In this document: piece by piece, positions 1 to 8,270 of the stretch
Layout: each line of letters begins with the position of its first letter
Numbering within the stretch: position 1 is the stretch's first letter
Origin: Candidatus Altiarchaeota archaeon
GTDB lineage: Archaea > Altiarchaeota > Altiarchaeia > IMC4 > SCGC-AAA252-I15
Assembly (NCBI GenBank): GCA_043800705.1
Contig: JAZDMS010000018.1
Location: 5,564-69,563 of the forward strand
Direction of reading: 5' to 3'
Length of the DNA: 64,000 nt
Translations under genes and position numbers: made by a program
The notes under the pieces: model-generated
What the model saw: the letters and a program-made list of their open reading frames with translations, nothing else
What the model was told of the DNA's origin: nothing
The model's database searches: none

Positions 1-260
1 GGGCCGAATCAGACACCGCAGTCGCCGCCGCATCGGTCGTGGCGCGGGCCGCATTCCTCGACAGCCTCGCATACCTGTCGCGGACGTACGGGATACAATT
101 CCCCAAAGGGGCCACTCACGTAGAGCACCAAGGCAGGATGTTCATCGCAGCATACGGGCAAGAACGACTAAAAGAAGTCGCGAAGGTCCACTTCAAGACG
201 ACGCAGAGGATAATGCCGGGCTCCGCACGTGACGGTTCATCGCCTCTGCAGAAATCCTGA
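1..260 (+). CDS. RNase HIII-like (RNase HII/HIII family) C-terminal fragment, running off the left edge
   Basis: The frame is open from base 3 and reads AESDTAVAAASVVARAAFLDSL..YGIQFPKGATHVEHQG..YGQERLKEVAKVHFKTTQRI. From memory this resembles the AAASI(I/V)AR region and the LPxGA...K.HFxNTxK tail of RNase HIII. The GTG at 39 in the ORF track is not a real start. Confidence 0.55.
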   Translation, partial: AESDTAVAAASVVARAAFLDSLAYLSRTYGIQFPKGATHVEHQGRMFIAAYGQERLKEVAKVHFKTTQRIMPGSARDGSSPLQKS

Positions 261-289
261 GGAGCGCTTATATTTCCGCGTTCGATATA

Positions 290-1543
290 TTGTGGGTGGT
301 TGAACTTCGTCCCTTCAAGAAGCTCAGATACAAGCTGGCGAAGATAGCCGACATAACAAAGGTCGTCTGCCTCCCATACGACATCATCACCCCCATCAAG
401 CAGGAGGAATTCTACCGCCTATCGCCCTACAACTTCGTCAGGCTCGTCCTTCCCAAAGACGAGCCGGGCGACGGAGCGGACGGAAAATACCAGCGCGTGA
501 AAAAGCTCATGGACGAGTGGATACGCGACGGCATACTCGTCGAAGACGACAAGGAAGCCCTCTACCTATACGAGGAAGACTACCCCCTCGAAGGAAAAAG
601 ACTGACGCAGGCGGGGATCATCGGCCTGGTCAAACTCGAACCGTTCGAAAAAGGCATAATACTCCCCCATGAGCGGATACTCAAAGGCCCATTGGAAGAC
701 CGCTACAGGCTGCTAAAAGCGACCAATGCAAGCCTCGAGATGATAATCGGCCTCTTCCCCGACAAGGCAGACACCGCAGCCAAGGCCATGGCCAAATACA
801 TGGCGCTGAAGCCGCAACTGGACTTCATCCACGCCGACGACATACGGCACAGGGTCTGGAAGATCACAGACAAGGCCGACATCGAAGCCCTGGCCAGGAC
901 TCTCAAAGGCAACAACATCATAATCGCAGACGGCCACCACAGATACACCACCGCACTGAAGGTGATGGAGGAGGGCGGCCCCACGCACCTGCTCATGCTC
1001 CTGCAGCGGATGGAAAATGGCTTAAAGGTCCTGCCCACCCACCGCCTCCTCAAGAACATACCCGAGAAGGAGAAGACGCTGAAGAAACTCACCCAGGCGT
1101 TCGAGCTGACAACCGTCGAAGGCGGCCTCGACGAGCTCCTGGCGAAGATGGCAACGGAAGGGAAACCGTCATTCGGCCTGTACAACGGAAGCTATCATCT
1201 TCTCACGCTGAAGGATGCGAAAGCCCTCGAATCGGTGCGCGACCCCGAACGGACCAAGGCGTGGAACGAACTGGACGTCAACGTCCTGCAATCCCTCATC
1301 ATAACCAAACTCCTCGGCGTCGACTACAAGGCCGCCGCAGACAACGGAAGCCTCGGATTCGTCAAAGACGCCAAAAAAGCAGTCAAAAGCGTATACACCG
1401 GCGAATACGAGGCCGCATTCCTCCTCAACCCCACAAGCATCGACGAAATATACGCCGTGGCCAAGGCCGGCGAAAGAATGCCGCAGAAATCCACATACTT
1501 CTACCCGAAACCCCTATCCGGCATACTGATGGCAAGACTATAA
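290..1543 (+). CDS. DUF1015 family protein
   Basis: 417-aa ORF with IIIADGHHRYTTAL and a length typical of DUF1015. The true start may be GTG 296 (MVELRPFKKLRY). A TATA-like cttatattt at 267-275 suggests a leaderless transcript. Confidence 0.75.
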   Translation: MWVVELRPFKKLRYKLAKIADITKVVCLPYDIITPIKQEEFYRLSPYNFVRLVLPKDEPGDGADGKYQRVKKLMDEWIRDGILVEDDKEALYLYEEDYPLEGKRLTQAGIIGLVKLEPFEKGIILPHERILKGPLEDRYRLLKATNASLEMIIGLFPDKADTAAKAMAKYMALKPQLDFIHADDIRHRVWKITDKADIEALARTLKGNNIIIADGHHRYTTALKVMEEGGPTHLLMLLQRMENGLKVLPTHRLLKNIPEKEKTLKKLTQAFELTTVEGGLDELLAKMATEGKPSFGLYNGSYHLLTLKDAKALESVRDPERTKAWNELDVNVLQSLIITKLLGVDYKAAADNGSLGFVKDAKKAVKSVYTGEYEAAFLLNPTSIDEIYAVAKAGERMPQKSTYFYPKPLSGILMARL

Positions 1544-1588
1544 ATCCCCCTACCGGGGATATAAGCCCAATACCCCAATGTCTAAACG

Positions 1589-4561
1589 ATGGGCGCCCCG
1601 AAGGAAATCATTGACCTAGTCGAACGTTTTGAAAAATTCAATCAATCCTATACCAGCCAATCATATAACGAAACCCAGCTTCGGGAAGAATTCGTTAACC
1701 CACTCTTCGAGGCCTTGGGCTGGGATGTTCGGAACACGTCCGGCAGAGCCGAAGCGTACAAGGACGTAATCCACGAGGACGCCATCAAAATCGGAAAAAC
1801 GACCAAAGCCCCCGACTATTCATTCCGCATCGGGGGGACAAGAAAATTCTTCCTGGAAACCAAGAAACCGGCAGTAAACATCAAAGACAACCCAGATGCG
1901 GCCTATCAGATACGACGATACTCCTGGAGCGCGAAACTCCCTCTCGCAGTCCTGACGAACTTCGACGCTTTCGCAGTCTACGATTGCCGCCAAAAACCGA
2001 AACCAACAGACAAGGCGGATGTCGGGCGCATACTCTACATAATCCGTCAAGACTACGCCGCAAAATGGGATGAGCTAGCGGGCATATTCTCAAAGAACTC
2101 CATAGAAACCGGCTTATTCGACCAATACGCAGAATCCGTAAAAGGAAAGAAAGGCACATCCGAGGTTGATGACGAATTCCTGAAAGAGATCGAAGGCTGG
2201 CGGGATATGCTGGCCCGAAACATAGCCATTAGAAACCCCAATCTCTCCCTCCGGGAGATGAACTTCGCAGTCCAGACGACAATAGACCGGATAGTATTCC
2301 TGCGAATCTGCGAAGACAGGGGAATCGAACCATACGGACAGCTGCAAAGCCTCCAAGACAAGGAAAACATCTACAAAGCGCTGAAAAAAATCTATGAAGC
2401 AGCAGACGAAAAATACAACAGCGGCCTCTTCCACTTCAATGAGGAGAAAGGCCGAAAAAGCCACCCCGACGGACTTTCAATGTCCTTGGACATAGACGAC
2501 AAAACACTCAAAGACATCATAAAACGCCTATACTATCCCGAATGCCCCTATGTTTTCTCAGTCCTTAGCGTGGATATCCTGGGGAACGTGTATGAGCAGT
2601 TTCTAGGGAAGGTTATCCGGCTGACGGAATCACACCACGCGAAAGTCGAGGAGAAACCAGAGGTTAAAAAAGCCGGCGGCGTATTCTACACCCCGAAATA
2701 CATCGTAGACTACATCGTAGAAAACACCGTCGGAAAACTAGTCAAGGATAAAACGCCGAAAGAGATAGCAGAAGTAAAAATCCTCGACCCGGCCTGCGGC
2801 TCAGGCTCGTTCCTTATCGGCGCATACACCTACCTTCTGAGGTATCACAGAGACTGGTATTTTGAACATAAGCCCGAAAAACACCAGGATGAAATCTATC
2901 AAGGCAAAGGGGGACAATGGCATCTCACAACGCAGGAGAAGAAACGGATACTCCTAAACAACATCTACGGCGTCGACATAGACGGCCAAGCCGTCGAAGT
3001 CACGAAACTGAACTTGATGCTTAAGGTCCTGGAAAACGAGAGCCAAGACACCCTGCAAGCCCAAAAGAAGCTATTCAGGGAACGCGCCCTGCCAGACCTC
3101 GACAACAACATAAAATGCGGAAACAGCCTAATCGGTCCCGACTTCTACAAAAACCCGCAAACCACACTTGCCCAAGAAGAACAATACGGAATCAACGTAT
3201 TCGACTGGCAAAAAGAATTCCCATTCAAATTCGACGCAGTAATAGGAAATCCACCATATGTCCGACAAGAAATGCTTGGGGACTTCAAAGAATATTTCCA
3301 AAGAACATATTCTACATATCAAGGTGCTGCTGATCTTTACGTTTACTTCATAGAAAAAGGAGTTTCTCTCCTGAATACGGAGGGGATATTCGGGATTATC
3401 GTAGCTAATAAATGGATGAAAGCGAAGTATGGACAACCACTTCGCAAATGGATGAAGGAACGTAAAATTGAAGAGATAATCGATTTTGGAGATCTTCGTG
3501 TTTTCGAAAAAGCAACTACATATCCCTGTATACTTTCCATATCTGCTGGTAAACCAAAAAAACAATTTAAGGTGGTAAAGGTAGAAAATCTCGACTTCAC
3601 AGATTTACAAAAATATTTACGTGGGCGTCGTTATGAAGTTAATCAAAATAATCTCAATGATGACGGATGGACATTAGGGGACTTAGATCTAGAAAATCTA
3701 CTTGAGAAATTAAAAAAGAATAGTATTACTCTCAAAGAGTATGTTCAAGGAGAGATATACCGCGGGGTTCTTTCAGGTTTAGATGAAGCATTCGTTATAG
3801 ACTCTAGTACATATTCAAAACTTATTTCAGGGGATTCAAAATCTAAGGAACTGATTAGGCCTTATCTGATGGGCAGAGATATAAAGAGGTATTCCCCCCC
3901 AGAGATAAGTAGATATCTCCTCTTCACAAAAAGAGGGACAAATATTAATGAATACCCTGCGATTAAAAATTATCTTCTTCAATTCAGGGATAGGTTGACC
4001 CCTCGCCCAAAATCCTACTCTGGCAAAGATTGGCCGGGTAGAAAACCAGGGAATTACGAGTGGTTTGAGATACAGGATACAGTAGACTATTACCCCGAGC
4101 TTGAGAAACCTAAGATAATCTACCTTAAATTTCAGGTCAAACCCGCGTTTACATTTGATGAAACGGGTGCATTTGGGAACAGCGCAACCTGGTTTATCCC
4201 TAAGGATGATAAATACTTACTTGGCATTCTAAATTCAAAGTTAGGGTGGCTGATGATATCAAATACCTGCACTCAGATACAAAACGGATATCAATTAATT
4301 TTCCAGTATCTAGGAAAAATACCGATTCATATTATAAGCTCTAATAATGTATCAGAAAAAGCTCTTCATAGTACAGTTGTCTCTTTGGTTTCACAAATTT
4401 TAGAATTGAATAAGCGTTTGACCTTGATTAAGACTCCTGATGAGAAGAACATGGTTCAGCGGCAGATTGACGCCGCAGACTCAGAAGTCAATAATATAGT
4501 TTACCAGCTTTACGGTCTTTCTGAGGAGGAGATTAAGATTGTGGAGGGTGTTCATGGATAA
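1589..4561 (+). CDS. Type IIG restriction-modification enzyme (fused nuclease, N6-adenine methyltransferase and specificity domain; Eco57I/MmeI-class architecture)
   Basis: 990 aa. The N-terminus has an HsdR-N-like region with a PD...ExK pattern (APDYSF...FFLETKKP). SAM motif I is DPACGSGSFL and motif IV is GNPPYV (3245-3262). A long C-terminal region fits a TaqI-like specificity domain. Confidence 0.8.
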   Translation: MGAPKEIIDLVERFEKFNQSYTSQSYNETQLREEFVNPLFEALGWDVRNTSGRAEAYKDVIHEDAIKIGKTTKAPDYSFRIGGTRKFFLETKKPAVNIKDNPDAAYQIRRYSWSAKLPLAVLTNFDAFAVYDCRQKPKPTDKADVGRILYIIRQDYAAKWDELAGIFSKNSIETGLFDQYAESVKGKKGTSEVDDEFLKEIEGWRDMLARNIAIRNPNLSLREMNFAVQTTIDRIVFLRICEDRGIEPYGQLQSLQDKENIYKALKKIYEAADEKYNSGLFHFNEEKGRKSHPDGLSMSLDIDDKTLKDIIKRLYYPECPYVFSVLSVDILGNVYEQFLGKVIRLTESHHAKVEEKPEVKKAGGVFYTPKYIVDYIVENTVGKLVKDKTPKEIAEVKILDPACGSGSFLIGAYTYLLRYHRDWYFEHKPEKHQDEIYQGKGGQWHLTTQEKKRILLNNIYGVDIDGQAVEVTKLNLMLKVLENESQDTLQAQKKLFRERALPDLDNNIKCGNSLIGPDFYKNPQTTLAQEEQYGINVFDWQKEFPFKFDAVIGNPPYVRQEMLGDFKEYFQRTYSTYQGAADLYVYFIEKGVSLLNTEGIFGIIVANKWMKAKYGQPLRKWMKERKIEEIIDFGDLRVFEKATTYPCILSISAGKPKKQFKVVKVENLDFTDLQKYLRGRRYEVNQNNLNDDGWTLGDLDLENLLEKLKKNSITLKEYVQGEIYRGVLSGLDEAFVIDSSTYSKLISGDSKSKELIRPYLMGRDIKRYSPPEISRYLLFTKRGTNINEYPAIKNYLLQFRDRLTPRPKSYSGKDWPGRKPGNYEWFEIQDTVDYYPELEKPKIIYLKFQVKPAFTFDETGAFGNSATWFIPKDDKYLLGILNSKLGWLMISNTCTQIQNGYQLIFQYLGKIPIHIISSNNVSEKALHSTVVSLVSQILELNKRLTLIKTPDEKNMVQRQIDAADSEVNNIVYQLYGLSEEEIKIVEGVHG

Positions 4562-5231
4562 AAAAAGTTATGAACCACCACAAAACATTGAAGACTTGAT
4601 GAGAGTATATTATGGGCCGGCTATGGGCGGTGAGAAAGTATCAAGTGATGAGATTAATCGTTATGGAGATTTTATCCGAACAAGAGTTATTTCGCCGCAT
4701 TTAGAACGCTTAGTTGGGAAGCTATTAGCTCCCTTTGGAGAATTGGTTAGAGTCAAGGAAAATCGACAGAACAAAGTTCCAGATTTTGAGATAAAGGACA
4801 AACGAATTCAAGTGGAGATTACTTCGATTAATACATCTGTCAAAAAGAATGTTTGCGGTTCGCGTTTACCCTTGAACTTACCCAAAAATGAGGCGGACAC
4901 TATCCCTAAGGTAAATAGATGCATAGACCATATAAGCCTTAAGAAGGGGGAGAAAGATTCGAATCATCAATTATGGGGTATCATATTTTATGATTGCATA
5001 CTAGCTACACTAAAAAAGTTTTATGTTCTAATTTCAGAAAAAAACACTATTACCAAGACCAAATTTAAAAATTCAAATCTAGATGCACTGTTCTTTATAT
5101 GTAGGCCATCCTCGATAAGTGGAGTATCCTCAGAAGAACTGTACCCCCCAATGATTTACGTGAAAAATAAACATCTTGCGAGCCAACTTTCGAGGATTAC
5201 GGAGGCTACAATAGTGGAGGTGGGTGCATGA
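4554..5231 (+). CDS. Hypothetical protein coupled to the RM gene (possible PD-(D/E)xK-like fold)
   Basis: ATG 4554 (MDKKSYEPP...) overlaps the RM stop by 8 nt (ATGGATAA). The gene is AT-rich like the 3' half of the RM gene. It contains VPDFEIKDKRIQVEITS, which loosely resembles a nuclease core. I recognise no family. Confidence 0.5.
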   Translation: MDKKSYEPPQNIEDLMRVYYGPAMGGEKVSSDEINRYGDFIRTRVISPHLERLVGKLLAPFGELVRVKENRQNKVPDFEIKDKRIQVEITSINTSVKKNVCGSRLPLNLPKNEADTIPKVNRCIDHISLKKGEKDSNHQLWGIIFYDCILATLKKFYVLISEKNTITKTKFKNSNLDALFFICRPSSISGVSSEELYPPMIYVKNKHLASQLSRITEATIVEVGA

Positions 5232-5306
5232 TTCATTTTTCCGGTGCTCGCGGTGGTTTTAAATGTTTTTAGGGGCCAATGGATATTGTTGTTTTTGGTG
5301 ATTTGA

Positions 5307-5555
5307 GTGGATGCTGAGAAGTCTTTGGTGGTGTTTCAGGGGAAGGAAATACGGAGGGTCTGGCAAGATGGGGGGTGGTGGTTTGTGCTGGAGGATATTG
5401 TCTCGGCCTTAACCGACTCTAAAGACCCTAAACAGTACATCAAAAAGATGCGGCAGCGCGATGAACCCCTTTCTGAAGGGTGGGTACAGATTGTACCTAC
5501 CCTTTCCGTGGACACGCCAGGCGGCAAACAGAAGATAAACTGCGTTAATCCCTGA
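5307..5555 (+). CDS. BRO-N (phage antirepressor N-terminal) domain protein, truncated
   Basis: GTG start. FQGKEIRRVWQDGGWWFVLEDIVSALTDSKDPKQYIKKM...GGKQKINCVN matches the remembered BRO-N pattern (F.g..iR....g..WF.a.Dv..aL...ggq). The ORF ends at the domain boundary, whereas full-length relatives are much longer. Confidence 0.55.
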   Translation: MDAEKSLVVFQGKEIRRVWQDGGWWFVLEDIVSALTDSKDPKQYIKKMRQRDEPLSEGWVQIVPTLSVDTPGGKQKINCVNP

Positions 5556-5632
5556 ATATGAAGGTCAAGGAGGAAGGTTTTTAGTTGTGCGATAAAATCG
5601 TACGACCTCAGTTGTCCCCGATTTGGGTACGG

Positions 5633-6952
5633 CTATTGTCCGATTTTGGGATTTTCCGCGAGGCCGAGTCCGAGGCTTGAGCCGACTATCTTCTTTATCT
5701 CCGCCGGGTTTGCGCCGAGCCTTATGAGCGTCGTCGATCCCCTTATCCCGGTCCCGGAGAGCGTTAGTGTGACGAGGCCGAGCATCTCCAGCTCCTTCAG
5801 GTATTCGCCGAACCAGCGCATCGTCCTCTGCGCCCTGTTGAGGGCCTTGCAGGTGCGCTCGTATGATTCGTAGACCTCCCCCGAGAAGAGGACGTCCGAC
5901 GGCGTTTCGGAGAGCCTCCTGTACTGGCTGCCCCTGCTCATCAGGTCGGCGATCGAGAACAGGGCGATCTGCTGGTGCTCCGGCAGCGTGGTGATGATCT
6001 CGTTGAGTATGTCCTCCTCTACTTTGGCCTTCGCTTCGACGACGTCCTCCCGCTTGACCCTCTTCCTCCTGTGGGCTTGGGCGATCTCCCCGGCCTTCTG
6101 CAAAAGGCGCAGGCCGTAGCGGGCGTCGCCGTTCGTCTGGGCCGCGTATGCGGCGATGAGCGCGATGTTCGACGAGCTGATGCTCCCCTTCTTGAAGCCC
6201 GCCTTCACGCGGTTGGCGAGTATCGTCTTAAGCTGGTTAGCGTTGTACGGCTTGAACACTACCTCCTCCTCGCACAGGGCGCTCTTAGTCCTCGGGTCCA
6301 GGTTCGCCTTGAAGGAGTAGCTGTTCGAGATGCCGATTATCGACACGCTGCCCCTCCTCGGCGCCTTCGCCACCTCGATCTCCTTGATTTCGTCGTTGAC
6401 CCTCGTCAGCATGTAAAGGATCTCGTCGACCTCCTTTACCATGTCGACCTCGTCGAGGACGACTATGAGATTTATCGCATTGGATTCGACGACCTTCTTC
6501 AGCCTCGAATACAGCTCCGTCGGCGAGCGGCCGCCGAGGTTCCCGTTTCTCACACCCTCAAGCGGCCTGTTCGAGAGGCCTTCGAGCGTCAGCGCCTCGT
6601 TCTCGAGTATCTTAAGGAGGATCTGGTATTTGCTGTTGTATCCGAGCCTGCAGTTCATGTACGCGGATATGATGTTGACTGTCCCCTTCGCCTTCGCGGA
6701 CTCCGCGAGCGTGAGGTCGAGTTCGCGCAGGATGTTCTTGATGACGCTCGTCTTCCCGGTTCCGGTCTTCCCGTAGAGGAAGAGGTTGTTGGGCTTGATC
6801 CCCTTGAGCAGGGAGGTGAGTGTGCTGATTATGCATGTGATCTCGTTCTTCCGATAGGGCAGCTCCTTCGGGACATAGTGGGGGCTCAGGACGCCCAGGT
6901 CCTTGAACAGGCCCGAGTCCTTCGCCTCAAGATCGAAGAGTCTGCCGTGCAT
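5633..6952 (-). CDS. cdc6: ORC1-type DNA replication protein Orc1/Cdc6
   Basis: 439 aa. The N-terminus reads HYVPKELPYRKNEI, Walker A is LYGKTGTGKTS, Walker B is VVLDEVD, and there is a C-terminal winged-helix region. Confidence 0.92.
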   Translation of the reverse strand: MHGRLFDLEAKDSGLFKDLGVLSPHYVPKELPYRKNEITCIISTLTSLLKGIKPNNLFLYGKTGTGKTSVIKNILRELDLTLAESAKAKGTVNIISAYMNCRLGYNSKYQILLKILENEALTLEGLSNRPLEGVRNGNLGGRSPTELYSRLKKVVESNAINLIVVLDEVDMVKEVDEILYMLTRVNDEIKEIEVAKAPRRGSVSIIGISNSYSFKANLDPRTKSALCEEEVVFKPYNANQLKTILANRVKAGFKKGSISSSNIALIAAYAAQTNGDARYGLRLLQKAGEIAQAHRRKRVKREDVVEAKAKVEEDILNEIITTLPEHQQIALFSIADLMSRGSQYRRLSETPSDVLFSGEVYESYERTCKALNRAQRTMRWFGEYLKELEMLGLVTLTLSGTGIRGSTTLIRLGANPAEIKKIVGSSLGLGLAENPKIGQ

Positions 6953-7117
6953 TTTAGGCGATAATATAGGATTGACTTAATAAAATACGGTCCTGGAGCC
7001 TGGGACGGCATTATGGGGCAATCGCAGACCCGTCGTCGGAGGGATAGATTATATTAATAAGCACCAACAAACAATAATATTGTGTCATCATATGATTCGC
7101 TTTTGTGAGGTGTAATA

Positions 7118-7505
7118 ATGGTGTTTAAAAAGTTTTTAGGAGGAGGGGGGGGGCGGTGGTGACGATGCGAGAAGAGGCAAGGACGAGATAGACATCGAAG
7201 ACTACCTGAACGATCTGAGCGTAAGGGACGGCAAGATAATCGAGAACGAGGACATCACCTACGTCAAGCCCCTGGAACTGGACAACGACGGCAAGGGCGT
7301 CGGCAACGTCCTGGCTGAGCTTGAAAAAGGCAACATCATTGTCCTGAACGTCAAAAACCTCCTGCACAACAAACAGCTACTGAAGGGGATAGTGAAGGAC
7401 CTCAGGGACGCCTGCGTAGAGATGGATGGAGACATCGGCAGGGTATCGGAGGACAAGCTGCTTGTCGTGCCGACCGGGATGAGGATAGTCTCAAAGAACG
7501 GCTGA
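7118..7505 (+). CDS. sepF: Cell division protein SepF, reading frame broken by an apparent +1 frameshift in a G9 run (7145-7153)
   Basis: ATG 7118 encodes MVFKKFLGGGGG and then hits TGA. The next frame, open from 7140 to TGA 7503-7505, reads GGGDDARRGKDEIDIEDYLNDL...NIIVLNVKNL...LRDACVEMDGDIGRVSEDKLLVVPTGMRIV. This matches the archaeal SepF layout (membrane helix, Gly linker, DUF552 core). It is absent from the ORF track because the second frame has no start codon. Confidence 0.8.
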
Positions 7506-7514
7506 GTATCCCCA

Positions 7515-8270
7515 ATGGATGCCAGAGTCAAGACCGGAATCCCCGGATTGGACGAGCTTCTTGGCGGCGGACTGCCTGCCGGGGGGACTTACGTCGTCGT
7601 AGGCGGCTCCGGCACGGGCAAGAGCATCCTTTCGTTCGAGTTCCTCTACCGCGGAGCCCTCGACTACAACGAACCGGGCGTATACGTCACCCTCGAAGAG
7701 GACAAGGACAGGCTCCTTGCGAACATGGGACTCTTCGGCTGGGACGCCGCGGCCATGCAGGCGCAGGGGAAGCTCAGGATAGTGCCCTACACCCGTTCCG
7801 TCATGGGCGACGTCGAAGCCACCCTCGAGAAGGGGATGATGGCAGGCGACCACGAACGGATCGGGAGGATGCGCCAATACCTCACAGTCGACTCCCTGTA
7901 CAGGGAGATCGAACAAAACTGCAGAGCGACCGGAGCCAGGCGCGTCGTCATAGACTCACTCACCGTCCTGACTCTTATGGCTGACACCCAGCTCGTGTCC
8001 AGGATGCAGCTTCTGTGGCTTCTGGAAAAACTGAAGAAACTAAACATCACGACGATAGCCACCCTCGAGGAAGGCATCGGATACTGGCACGACCTCACGT
8101 TCCTCGCGGACGGGATAATCTACCTGTCGATGCGGGAGAAGGCCGGCATATTCGAACGCGGCCTGTTAATAGGAAAGATGAGGGGAACGTCCCACGACGC
8201 CGGCATCAGGCCATTCAGGATTACCGACAAGGGGATAACCGTATACCCCAACGAAGTCATAGTCAAATAG
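7515..8270 (+). CDS. KaiC-like / RecA-superfamily ATPase (single domain)
   Basis: GIPGLDELLGGGLPAGGTYVVVGGSGTGKS (Walker A) and RRVVIDSL (Walker B); 251 aa. Confidence 0.8.
   Translation: MDARVKTGIPGLDELLGGGLPAGGTYVVVGGSGTGKSILSFEFLYRGALDYNEPGVYVTLEEDKDRLLANMGLFGWDAAAMQAQGKLRIVPYTRSVMGDVEATLEKGMMAGDHERIGRMRQYLTVDSLYREIEQNCRATGARRVVIDSLTVLTLMADTQLVSRMQLLWLLEKLKKLNITTIATLEEGIGYWHDLTFLADGIIYLSMREKAGIFERGLLIGKMRGTSHDAGIRPFRITDKGITVYPNEVIVK

Noticed and set aside
5975-6964. Long antisense ORFs opposite real genes (for example 5975-6964, 17878-19161, 27435-28565, 32063-33187, 35832-36713, 37789-38811, 51200-52441)
   Set aside because: They mirror well-supported genes on the other strand, have Arg/Pro/Gly/Val-rich compositions typical of shadow frames in GC-rich DNA, and carry no recognisable motifs.
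6953-7117. Possible replication origin in the spacer next to orc1/cdc6
   Set aside because: The spacer is only about 165 bp. It is AT-rich in part, but I could not find repeated ORB/mini-ORB-like elements or a clear duplex-unwinding element. The origin may lie elsewhere, so no call is made.
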